Origin: Synechococcus sp. | Lineage (GTDB): Bacteria > Cyanobacteriota > Cyanobacteriia > Thermostichales > PCC-7336 | Assembly: GCA_051439425.1 (NCBI GenBank) | Contig: JBFRWD010000042.1 | Span: forward strand, 1 to 41,594 | Direction: 5' to 3' | Length of the DNA stretch: 41,594 bases | Shown: one piece after another, positions 27,882-36,571 of the stretch | How positions within the stretch are numbered: position 1 is the first letter of the stretch | Layout: the number at the start of each line of letters is the position of its first letter | Made by a program: the position numbers and the translations under genes | The notes under the pieces: generated by a model | What the model was told of the DNA's origin: nothing | What the model saw: only the letters and a program-made list of their open reading frames with translations | Database searches by the model: none

Positions 27882-27946
27882 TCTCTTGCTCCCGTCTGCC
27901 CAATGTGGGAGACGGGCTAGGGATGAGGGCTATCAAACTCAGGTTT
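27882..27946 (-). repeat. Short dispersed palindromic repeat family C, copy 1
   Basis: Its reverse complement aaacctgagtttgatagccctcatccctagcccgtctcccacattgggcagacgggagcaagaga matches 33027-33090 closely and contains an internal hairpin. Confidence 0.85.
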
Positions 27947-27971
27947 ACCCAGAGCACTGCGAAAAAAATCC

Positions 27972-29321
27972 CTATGCTTTCCCAGTACTCAGCTTCTGTA
28001 ACCGTGCCATGTAGAAGCCATCCCGCCCATCTCGATGGGGCCAATTTTGTTGGGGCTTGCGATCGGGATCGAACTGCCAGTTGGAATGGGTCTCTAAAAA
28101 CCGCTCCACTTGCTCCTGATTTTCGGGAGCAAAAATCGTGCACGTAGAGTACACCATCACTCCACCGGGTTTCACCCATTGAGCAGCACGGTCAAGAATG
28201 TCAGCTTGAGTGTCTAGCAAGTTGTCAATGGTATCTAACTGTTGTCGCCAGCGGGCATCAGCATGGCGATGTAAGGTGCCGAGACCCGAACAAGGAGCAT
28301 CTACAAGCACACGATCGCAGCTTTCAGGCTGTGGCAATTCACTATCCTCGGCAACAGCCTCTGGATCGTGGGCTGTTAGATCGACAGCCTCAGTTCGAAT
28401 ACAGGTTAATTGCAGCCGCTTCGCATTTGCTTTCACACGCCTGAGGCGTCCAGCATGTTTATCTAATCCCCAGACCGTTCCGCGATCGCCCATCAACTCC
28501 GCAATATGTGTGGTTTTCCCGCCAGGAGCAGCACAGCAATCAACAATCGTTTCTCCCGGTTGCGGATCGAGCAACAGCGCCACCTGTTGAGCACTGCAAT
28601 CTTGCACCATCCAGAGCCCGTCACTATATCCCGGTAGCTCGGTAATCGAGCCAACAGTCTGCTGCAGTCGGAGTGCTCCAGGAACATCCTCAATGGGCAG
28701 AGCGACAATATCCTGTTCTGCCAACAATGACTGCACAACCTCAAGAGAACTGCGATGGGTATTCACCCGCAAGTCGATCGCCGGCGGCTGGTTGAACCAA
28801 TGGCACAGGGTCTCGGTCTCTGATGCTCCCAGCTCATCCAACCAGAGTTCCAACAACCATTCGGGGTAGCTGTGTCGTCTGGCTAAATCAATGATGGGGT
28901 CTGGGTGAGGCGGGAGTAACTCTTCGACTGGAGTGCGCAAATAGGATCTGAGGATACCGTTCACGACCTTGGTTAGCCCCCCTAACTTGCAGCGGCGAGC
29001 CAGTTCGACAGTAGTATTGACTGCGGCAGAGGGAGGGATGCGATCGAGGTAATGCAGCTGGTAAAACCCCAAGTGCAACAATCGCCGCAAATCAGGTGGC
29101 TGCTGGGCTGCAGATTTGCGGCGACTGAATTGTTCGATTAAAGCGTCAAGAGTGCGCTGGTGGCGGGTGATGCCGTAGACCAGTTCGGTGGCAAGGTGGC
29201 GATCGCTATCGGCTACTTTTGATTTGGACAAAACGCGATCGAGGGCAATATTGGCATAAGCCTGTTTGCGATCCATTTGGCGCAAGGCGAGAAAAGCCAA
29301 ATACCGTGCCGAGTTATCCAC
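27972..29321 (-). CDS. rsmB: 16S rRNA m5C967 methyltransferase RsmB (Sun/Fmu)
   Basis: NusB-like N-terminus (ATELVYG, AAVNTTVELA, VNGILR), VQD, DCCAAPGGKTTH, VLVDAPCSGLG and YSTCT. Confidence 0.95.
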   Translation of the reverse strand: MDNSARYLAFLALRQMDRKQAYANIALDRVLSKSKVADSDRHLATELVYGITRHQRTLDALIEQFSRRKSAAQQPPDLRRLLHLGFYQLHYLDRIPPSAAVNTTVELARRCKLGGLTKVVNGILRSYLRTPVEELLPPHPDPIIDLARRHSYPEWLLELWLDELGASETETLCHWFNQPPAIDLRVNTHRSSLEVVQSLLAEQDIVALPIEDVPGALRLQQTVGSITELPGYSDGLWMVQDCSAQQVALLLDPQPGETIVDCCAAPGGKTTHIAELMGDRGTVWGLDKHAGRLRRVKANAKRLQLTCIRTEAVDLTAHDPEAVAEDSELPQPESCDRVLVDAPCSGLGTLHRHADARWRQQLDTIDNLLDTQADILDRAAQWVKPGGVMVYSTCTIFAPENQEQVERFLETHSNWQFDPDRKPQQNWPHRDGRDGFYMARLQKLSTGKA

Positions 29322-29413
29322 GTAATACCTTTCAGGGGGTTGTCGGGCTGGTTGCCAGGAATATCATCTCTCGACCAATCCGCGGCAACAGGTCTGCGGA
29401 ACCACCCAGAGAA

Positions 29414-30094
29414 CTAATTCCGGCGACCTTGCGCCATGATGATGTACTGCAAAAGTTGCAAGGCAGCGTAGGCAGCAGTCGCAACATATGTCCATGCTGC
29501 AGCATTTAAGACGGCGCGTGCCCCTTGATTTTCGTCTCCCTGCAAAATACCTAGTTCGTCAACCAGTCGCAGAGCGCGGCTGGAAGCATCAAATTCTACA
29601 GGCAGGGTGACCACGTGAAACAAGATGGCGGCTGTGAACAGAGCAATACCGACATACAGTAATCCGCTAAAGCTGAAGATTAATCCACCGATAACAAGCG
29701 CTGGCCCCAAGTTAGACCCCAAGTTAGCGGCAGGCACCATAGAAGCTCTAAAGTTCATAAACTTGTAGTCTTCAACATCTTGCAAAACGTGGCCGCATTC
29801 GTGAGCGGCAACAGCCGCGGCTGCCAGCGAACTGGAGCTATAGATACCTTCAGACAAGCGAACCGTTTTAGCAGACGGATCGTAGTGATCGGTGAGCTGA
29901 CCGGCTACGGGCTCGACCTTCACTCCATCTACGCCCATTTTGGTCAGGATGGTTTTAGCAACCTCGGCCCCAGTCATCCCCATGCTGGACTGAACGTTAG
30001 CGTAGCGTTGATAGGTACCGCGGACATTGGACTGGGCCCAAGCCATCAGCAAACCGCCGATCGCGACAAAGATATAAGACCAATGAAAGTACAT
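29414..30094 (-). CDS. Membrane zinc metallopeptidase (YugP / Zn_peptidase_2 family)
   Basis: LTDHYDP, VAAHECGHVLQD (HExxH), TLPVEFDASSRAL and VLNAAAWTYVA. ATG 30094 follows GGAGG. Confidence 0.92.
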   Translation of the reverse strand: MYFHWSYIFVAIGGLLMAWAQSNVRGTYQRYANVQSSMGMTGAEVAKTILTKMGVDGVKVEPVAGQLTDHYDPSAKTVRLSEGIYSSSSLAAAAVAAHECGHVLQDVEDYKFMNFRASMVPAANLGSNLGPALVIGGLIFSFSGLLYVGIALFTAAILFHVVTLPVEFDASSRALRLVDELGILQGDENQGARAVLNAAAWTYVATAAYAALQLLQYIIMAQGRRN

Positions 30095-30201
30095 GTAGAC
30101 CTCCACAATTTATGTGCGGATAGAAGGATTCGCAGAACACAGTCTTTCTATGGCTTATTATCGCCGATTGATTCCATCTCAGCAGAATCGATGAGTAGTA
30201 A

Positions 30202-31188
30202 TTACCGGTCTGGGCCGAAGGTTTGGCCAACCTCAAGCCTCACACCGTTGGCAAAATCCCATGCTGATTGCGCTTTTTTACCTGCCAATTGCACCTGAGT
30301 CAGCCGCAAGCGACCATCACCAGTCTGCACGTAAAATCCCTGTCCTTTATGGATATCGACAACCGTTCCGGGGCTTGCACCACTGGCTTGTGCGGTCGCC
30401 ATCTGGCCGGCAATCGCTGGTGCTGGATTTTCCAGAAGGGGGGATTTCGAGCGAATAATTTTGCAGCGCTGACCGGAAAATTCGGTGAAACAGTTGGGGG
30501 AAAATGCCTGAATACGGTTGTGCAATTCCAGCGCTGATTGGCTCCAATCCAGCTCAAAATCCGATTTGCTGAGTAGAGAGGCATAGGTGGCGAGCTCTTC
30601 TGATTGAGGCTCGGCTGTTAGAGTTCCCTCGTCTAGCTTCAGCAGCGTTTCAACCAGCAGCTCTGCCCCCAACGGCGACAGAATCTCGGCCAGCTCGGCA
30701 GAGGTAGCATTGGGAGAGATCTCCACCGATCGCTTCAGCAACATATCTCCGGTGTCCATGCCAATATCCATTTGCATGGTGGTAATACCAGTTTCAGCAT
30801 CTCCATTGGCGATCGCCCACTGGATAGGAGCGGCGCCTCGATACGCAGGTAGTAGAGAACCGTGGACGTTGATGCAGCCCAGACGAGGCATATCCAAAAT
30901 TCGCTGCGATAAAATCTGCCCGTAGGCAACCACAACAAATGCATCTGCCTCCAGTGCCTCAAGGGCCTGGAGGGTCTCCTCACTCTTTTTGATGCGTTCC
31001 GGCTGCCAGACGGGTATCCCTGCTGACTCCGCTAATGCTTTTACCGGAGTTGGTTGCAGTTTCTTGCCTCGACCTTTGGGGCGATCGGGTTGGGACACCA
31101 CCGCTGCAACGTCAAATTCGTGGCGATCCAGTAGAGCTTTCAGCGTGGACAGCGCAAAGCTGGGAGTGCCAAAGAAGACAACCTTCAT
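30202..31188 (-). CDS. fmt: Methionyl-tRNA formyltransferase
   Basis: VVFFGTPSFA, SQPDRPKGRG, VVAYGQIL, INVHGSLLPAYRGAAPIQW and MDTGD. Confidence 0.97.
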   Translation of the reverse strand: MKVVFFGTPSFALSTLKALLDRHEFDVAAVVSQPDRPKGRGKKLQPTPVKALAESAGIPVWQPERIKKSEETLQALEALEADAFVVVAYGQILSQRILDMPRLGCINVHGSLLPAYRGAAPIQWAIANGDAETGITTMQMDIGMDTGDMLLKRSVEISPNATSAELAEILSPLGAELLVETLLKLDEGTLTAEPQSEELATYASLLSKSDFELDWSQSALELHNRIQAFSPNCFTEFSGQRCKIIRSKSPLLENPAPAIAGQMATAQASGASPGTVVDIHKGQGFYVQTGDGRLRLTQVQLAGKKAQSAWDFANGVRLEVGQTFGPDR

Positions 31189-31383
31189 GGGGGATGGAGG
31201 CATTAGACAGGAGGGTCAAACTGCTCACCTATTGTGCCATCTAGGATTGAGGCAGGGGATTGAGTCAATCCTAGATGGCAGTGAACAAGCAATAGCCCCG
31301 AGAGCATGCCGCATTCCGCTCGTTATCTCACTGCTGCTAAACGAAAGGTAACCAGCTTCTATCTAGGTACCCGGAAGGACCAT

Positions 31384-32238
31384 TTACGTCTCGCCATCCT
31401 GTTGCGAAGGTAGCTCTTGCGAACGATTGGAATAAAACGTAGACAGGCTGTCACTATCGCCGACAAATCTCCAGTGCCAGGGCTCGTAACTGACACCACT
31501 TTCGTTATCTTTAGGAAAAGACAGCTCAAAACCATATCGTGCTGCATTCGCCTGCAACCACCTGAAAGCAGCCGTAGTTTCGAAAGCAACACTCAGGTGA
31601 GTGTTCGGGCGACGGCCATCACCAATGTCGATCGCGTACCCAGTGTGATGCTCGCTATAACCTGGAGGCGCACTCACCAATGCCCGCTCTTGCGGGGTCA
31701 AGGACTGAGACTGCCCCACTTGAAAAAAAAGAAATTCCTGAACCTCAGTAGATCGAAACCCCGAAATAGGAACCAATTCAAGCCCGGACTGGCGAGCCAT
31801 AGCCTGCATTTCTCGAAACCGCACAGCAGCAGCAGCATGCAGTTGCTCCGTTCGGCCATTAAACTGGCCCACATCTTGCAATTGCGCCGCATCCACTTCG
31901 GAATATGCAAAATGCCCGAGAACAGAATCGCGGCTCTCACTGCCATTCAACACTTCAGCAGGCATATCATCTGATGGGGGATTGACATCCCCTTCCTCCC
32001 CTCCAGACGGCTCGGGATTCGTCACCTGGAGAGCAGACTGTCCGCCACTATCTAAATTACTGGTACGAGCCAGCAATGCTCCTACCGCAGTAGCCGCAAC
32101 CAGAGTGATAGAGATGGCAACGGGCAGTAGAGAACGCTTACTACCAGGACCTCGTATCTGCTTCTTCCTGACGGCTGAAGGCTCACCCTCATCTCTCAGG
32201 GCCACCGGTATCCCATCATCAAGATTGAAGTCAGACAT
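31384..32238 (-). CDS. D-alanyl-D-alanine carboxypeptidase, VanY/M15B family, membrane-anchored
   Basis: TM helix, ISGFRS, SAPPGYSEHHTGYAIDIGD (SxHxxGxAxD) and YEPWHWRFVG. Confidence 0.92.
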   Translation of the reverse strand: MSDFNLDDGIPVALRDEGEPSAVRKKQIRGPGSKRSLLPVAISITLVAATAVGALLARTSNLDSGGQSALQVTNPEPSGGEEGDVNPPSDDMPAEVLNGSESRDSVLGHFAYSEVDAAQLQDVGQFNGRTEQLHAAAAVRFREMQAMARQSGLELVPISGFRSTEVQEFLFFQVGQSQSLTPQERALVSAPPGYSEHHTGYAIDIGDGRRPNTHLSVAFETTAAFRWLQANAARYGFELSFPKDNESGVSYEPWHWRFVGDSDSLSTFYSNRSQELPSQQDGET

Positions 32239-32304
32239 AGAGATAGAAAGGCTGCAGCTCGGGGCTACGGCACGAACCACTGGAGTAGTTCGGGTGCCCA
32301 GAAT

Positions 32305-32742
32305 TTACACCCCTAAGTCTGCCAAAATATCGCTGGCATGGGTGTCGGTCTTAATGGAGTCATAGACTTTGGCAATTTGTCCATCTCCATCAATGATGTA
32401 AGTGACGCGCTTAGCGTAGCCGCCACCATCAACATCATAAGCTTGGGTTAATGCCCCTTCCGTATCGGCCAGCAGGGGGTACGGCAAATTGTATTTTTCG
32501 GTAAAGGCTTGGTGAGACGCAGAGTCATCCAGGCTGACCCCCAAAACGACAACGTCTCGATCTTGATAGGTGCCATAGCTGTCGCGAAAACTGCAGGCTT
32601 CTTTAGTACAGCCCGGAGTATCGTCTTTAGGATAGAAGTACAGCACTACAGTCTTGCCGGAAAAGTCGGACAGCGAGACGGTGTTGCCGTTAGTGTCTTT
32701 GACGGTAAACGCCGGAGCTGGAGAGCCGACAGATAGTGCCAT
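32305..32742 (-). CDS. Peroxiredoxin, BCP/PrxQ subfamily
   Basis: VLYFYPKDDTPGCTKEACSFRD (CxxxxC) and RVTYIID. Confidence 0.95.
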   Translation of the reverse strand: MALSVGSPAPAFTVKDTNGNTVSLSDFSGKTVVLYFYPKDDTPGCTKEACSFRDSYGTYQDRDVVVLGVSLDDSASHQAFTEKYNLPYPLLADTEGALTQAYDVDGGGYAKRVTYIIDGDGQIAKVYDSIKTDTHASDILADLGV

Positions 32743-33026
32743 CGATGGATTCCTCTTGAATGAAATCTTTGAATCACGCAATCGTTAACGCGAAAACCTT
32801 CCGGCCTAACTTATATACACTCATATCTGAGGGAACGCCTGCAGAATATGCCTGCGAGATCAGTTGAGAAGATATCGCGAGATCGCTTCGAGAGCTTAAT
32901 GCTATCAGCCATTAGACGTTGAGAACAGAGGCAGAGAGGATACCGTAGCAAACACTTGCATGGAAAGGCGACGTCGGCCTGCAAGGGACAGAAGACATGG
33001 TAAGAACGGCAAGCTGCCCCCTCCAA

Positions 33027-33090
33027 AAACCTGAGTTCGATAGCCCTCATCCGCAACCCTTGACCCACATTGGGAGAAGGGAGAAAGAGA
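33027..33090 (+). repeat. Short dispersed palindromic repeat family C, copy 2
   Basis: aaacctgagttcgatagccctcatccgcaacccttgacccacattgggagaagggagaaagaga is an inverted homolog of 27882-27946. Confidence 0.85.
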
Positions 33091-33227
33091 CTTCTACCCT
33101 AGTTTCGTTGTGCTCTGGGGCAAATACCCTACTCAATGGGCACCGTCGAACTGAGCAACAGACTCAATCCGTCGATCGTGATGGTTCTCGGCAGTGGGAC
33201 CGTATGTGTCACACTAGCGTTCGTTAC

Positions 33228-34346
33228 TCACGCCTCCAAAGCCGCTATTTGGCTCGCGCGTAATGTGGCACCGATTAAGCCCACGTCCGGATTCAAAACC
33301 ACATGAACGGGTACTGAGGAAATAACAGATTGCAGTCGCCCTTTATCTAGAAACGCTTGCATGAATTGGCCCGATCGCAAAAACGGCAGAATCTTCGGAG
33401 CAATACCTCCCGCGACGTACAACCCACCCGAAGGTAATAGTTTCAGGGCCAAATCTCCCGCCTCAGAACCGTAGACATCGGCAAAGACGTCGAGAGTTTG
33501 CACCGATCGAGGGTCAGTGTTAGCCAGTGCAGCAGCCCCGATCGCTGCTCCGGCATCCCCTGTCCGCTGTTGTTCCCAAGTTTTTACCGCTTGAGCCACA
33601 GCGGTGGACGCTTCGCCTCCCGAAGCTATACCAGCCTGATTGGAGGCAGCCCGATCGCGCAAAAACTGATAGATAGCAACAATTCCTTGGCCGGACACAA
33701 CCCGCTCTACCGACACTCGCCCGTGGCGCTGGGTAAGGTAATTTAAGAGTTCCTGCTGTAGCGGTGTACGAGGGGCAAAATTTGTATGTCCTCCCTCAGA
33801 CGGATGTACTTGATAGTGATCGCCCTGCCAGGTCAAATAGGTCTCTCCGAGTCCGGTACCGGCCCCCAATACAGCAATTGGCCCTCGGTCCACTCGCGTT
33901 CCGGGTTGTAAAGTGTGAAGGTCCTCTGGCGGCAAGGTTGATACGCCGTATCCGATCGCCGCAAAATCATTGATCAGCTCAACCCGAGCAATCCCGAGTT
34001 CGGCCTGTAGCCGTTCTCCTGATAGCATCCAATTCAAATTGGTGAGGCGAGAGGCGTTACTCGCTACCGGCCCGGCGATCGCGAAACAAGCGGCCACAAT
34101 ATTGGATTCCTCAATGCCCCGTAGCCTTGAGCTACCGCCCAAATTTGCAATAGGTATCTTTGGATGTACCTCCGATGCCGCTGCTAAGAATTGGCGAACC
34201 ATCGGTACCAGATCGGAAAATGCTGCACTCTGAAACTTATCTCGATAGAGAGCGCTGGTAGGAGCAGGAGTCGGATGATTCAGCCGCGCCAGACGCAAGA
34301 TAGTTTTGGTGCCGCCAATGTCACCAGACAGAACCAGTTGAGCCAT
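33228..34346 (-). CDS. glk: Glucokinase
   Basis: GDIGGTKT, AIAGPV, LINDFAAIGYG, GAGTGLGE, SEGGH, SVERVVSGQG and YVAGGIAPK. Confidence 0.95.
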   Translation of the reverse strand: MAQLVLSGDIGGTKTILRLARLNHPTPAPTSALYRDKFQSAAFSDLVPMVRQFLAAASEVHPKIPIANLGGSSRLRGIEESNIVAACFAIAGPVASNASRLTNLNWMLSGERLQAELGIARVELINDFAAIGYGVSTLPPEDLHTLQPGTRVDRGPIAVLGAGTGLGETYLTWQGDHYQVHPSEGGHTNFAPRTPLQQELLNYLTQRHGRVSVERVVSGQGIVAIYQFLRDRAASNQAGIASGGEASTAVAQAVKTWEQQRTGDAGAAIGAAALANTDPRSVQTLDVFADVYGSEAGDLALKLLPSGGLYVAGGIAPKILPFLRSGQFMQAFLDKGRLQSVISSVPVHVVLNPDVGLIGATLRASQIAALEA

Positions 34347-34423
34347 AGTGAATGCTTGCAGATGCTGCTTAGTCAGTGTCTCATGTCTGCCTAAGCTCCT
34401 CCTGAGAGGCTCACGACTCGTCT

Positions 34424-34720
34424 TTGGCAACGGGCCACTTATCCGAAACCAATTTCAATCTATTCAATTATTTACAACAGTTACCCTTTGATGGCTTGAA
34501 AGTTGATCGATCCTTTATCCAAGACATTGGCACAGACGGCGAAAACAATGAAATTTTAGATGCTGTGATTAACCTGGTACATTCTTTGAACCTGACAGTC
34601 ACAGCAGAGAGAATTGAAACCCTCGAACAACTGGAGATCTTGAGAGCACTGGGGTGTGATTACGGGCAAGGCTATTTGTTAGGCAGGCCATCTGCAGCAG
34701 AAGACTGTTCGCTGCCTTAA
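34424..34720 (+). pseudogene. Isolated C-terminal fragment of an EAL (c-di-GMP phosphodiesterase) domain
   Basis: YLQQLPFDGLKVDRSFI..VTAERIET.EQ..L..LGCDYGQGYL..P is present. The EAL motif and intact DDFGTG are absent, and glk starts only ~80 nt upstream, leaving no room for them. Confidence 0.75.
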
Positions 34721-34811
34721 AACAGATGGGTTTAGATACCACCCCGCTCGTCTCTAAGAAAACGGGGTCAATACGATCTGCTCTGCTCGATCCTCGGTTT
34801 AGACTTCTGAA

Positions 34812-35276
34812 TCAAGAACTAAAGATATACCGCTGTCCTTCTGGACTAACACCAATAATGGTCAGTTGGCAATCCAATACTTTAAACCCATGCTTTTCAG
34901 CCAATTTCTGGCTGATGGCTAAAACTTGATTATTTTTAAACTCGATCACTTGGTTGGTCTTCACGCAAACTAGGTGGTGATGGTGATGAGGATAGGGCTG
35001 ATTAATTTCGTAGTGCTTGTGCCCTTCGGCTAATTCTAACTCCCGCAAGATTCCCATACGGGCCATCATTTTGACCGTGCGGTAAATCGTAGACAGGCTG
35101 ATATTTTCACCGTCAGTTTTCAGACGCTCGTGTAAATCTTCAGCACTGAGGTGCTCCCCTTCTGGCAAATCTTGAAACGTTTTCAGGATCTTTTCTCGCT
35201 GGGGGGTCATGCGCCACCCCATCGCATTCAGCTCGGCCTTAAATGCCTCGGGCGAATAGAAGGTGGTTAATGTCAC
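34812..35276 (-). CDS. fur: Ferric uptake regulator, FurA type
   Basis: KAELN..GWRMTPQREKIL..F..LP.GEHLSAEDL, ISLSTIYRT.K.MARMGILRELELAEGHKHYEINQPYPHHHHHLVC. GTG 35276 is the likely start. Confidence 0.93.
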   Translation of the reverse strand: MTLTTFYSPEAFKAELNAMGWRMTPQREKILKTFQDLPEGEHLSAEDLHERLKTDGENISLSTIYRTVKMMARMGILRELELAEGHKHYEINQPYPHHHHHLVCVKTNQVIEFKNNQVLAISQKLAEKHGFKVLDCQLTIIGVSPEGQRYIFSS

Positions 35277-35294
35277 AGCACCGCCAGGAAAGTA

Positions 35295-35322
35295 ATTGTC
35301 AATAAAGGGCTTTATTGATAAT
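35295..35322. promoter_or_regulatory. AT-rich inverted repeat upstream of fur (candidate operator)
   Basis: attgtcaataaag-gg-ctttattgataat has 13-bp arms with one mismatch, includes GATAAT and lies 18 nt from the likely start. Confidence 0.5.
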
Positions 35323-35458
35323 AGCGGATTGGGCACAGCTACCGCCACCCAATTGAGATGAAACCTCGAAGACACTCACAATTGAGTCATATTTTCATGA
35401 CCCATGTCGCAACAGGAACGACCTTATTTCCGGCGCCTGCAAGCACTAGATCGTCAAC

Positions 35459-36406
35459 CTATATCCGCGCAAATCGATCGGTTGCATCAACTAATGCATC
35501 GATGATGCCTGGCTCTGACACTGAGTGTCCGGCATCAGGAATGACAACAAATTCAGCTTCCGGCCAGGCCTTGTGTAGCTGCCAAGCTGTCGTCATCGGA
35601 CAGACAACATCGTAGCGGCCTTGCACAATGAAGCCTGGAATGTGGCGAATACTATCGATGTTGTGAAACAGCAGATCTTCATGCTCGAAAAACCCTTTGT
35701 TGACAAAGTAGTGACATTCGATGCGGGCAAATGCATCGGCAAATCCATCCCGCCCAAATTGGTCAGCAGCATTGGGATCGGGAATTAATTTACTGGTACT
35801 GCCTTCCCAAATTGCCCAAGCGCGAGCGGCTGTTTGGCGAAGTTCCGAATCACTACTGGTGAGCCGCTGGTAATAAGCAAATACGAGATCGTGTCGCTCA
35901 CTCTCTGGGATCGGTTCGAGATAGTCCTCCCAGGCATCTGGATAGATGTTGCTCGCTCCCTCTTGGTAGAACCAGCGAATCTCCTGGTGCCGAAGCATGA
36001 AAATGCCCCGCAGGATGAGTCCAGCACAGCACTCTGGGTGGGTCTGAGCATATGCAAGCGCCAGCGTACTCCCCCAACTTCCACCAAATACAGTCCAGGC
36101 ATCAATGCCAAGATGCTGACGCAATTGCTCTATGTCGCTCACCAAGGTCCAAGTGGTATTGTCCTCTAGCTCAGCGTGCGGGGTACTGCGACCACAGCCT
36201 CGCTGATCGAACAGAACAATACGCCATAGTTTGGGATCGAAATACTGGCGATATTTGGGCTGGCTACCTCCTCCCGGCCCACCATGCAGGAATACAACCG
36301 GCTTTCCATCAGGATTACCGGACTCTTCGTAGTAGATCGTATGCAGCTCGGAAACCGCTAGCTGGCCGTCAGCGTAGGGCAGTAGAGGAGGATAAAGAGT
36401 TCGCAC
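35459..36406 (-). CDS. pip: Proline iminopeptidase
   Basis: FLHGGPGGG, FDQRGCGRS, FGGSWGSTLALAY, ARIECHYF, QGRYDVVCP and AGHS. Confidence 0.96.
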   Translation of the reverse strand: MRTLYPPLLPYADGQLAVSELHTIYYEESGNPDGKPVVFLHGGPGGGSQPKYRQYFDPKLWRIVLFDQRGCGRSTPHAELEDNTTWTLVSDIEQLRQHLGIDAWTVFGGSWGSTLALAYAQTHPECCAGLILRGIFMLRHQEIRWFYQEGASNIYPDAWEDYLEPIPESERHDLVFAYYQRLTSSDSELRQTAARAWAIWEGSTSKLIPDPNAADQFGRDGFADAFARIECHYFVNKGFFEHEDLLFHNIDSIRHIPGFIVQGRYDVVCPMTTAWQLHKAWPEAEFVVIPDAGHSVSEPGIIDALVDATDRFARI

Positions 36407-36571
36407 GTTACAGGAGAAATGAATGATTGGGATACAGAAAACTGCTGAGAACGTCCCAGCGCTGGAGCAGAAGCATCGGGGTATCTATACTGCGACGCCA
36501 TCTGTCGCTCTCAAACAAAGCCGGCTTCAGCAGGACTCAATAGCTCGGACTGATTGCCTAAGACTGAATGC

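Noticed and set aside
27871..33263. Similar short ORFs at 27905 and 32811/32997 (GLxMRAIxLRF)
   Set aside because: The similarity comes from translating repeat family C, not from paralogous genes.
35277..35375. 33-aa N-terminal extension of Fur in the ORF track
   Set aside because: FurA homology starts near GTG 35276 and the extension spans a likely operator palindrome.
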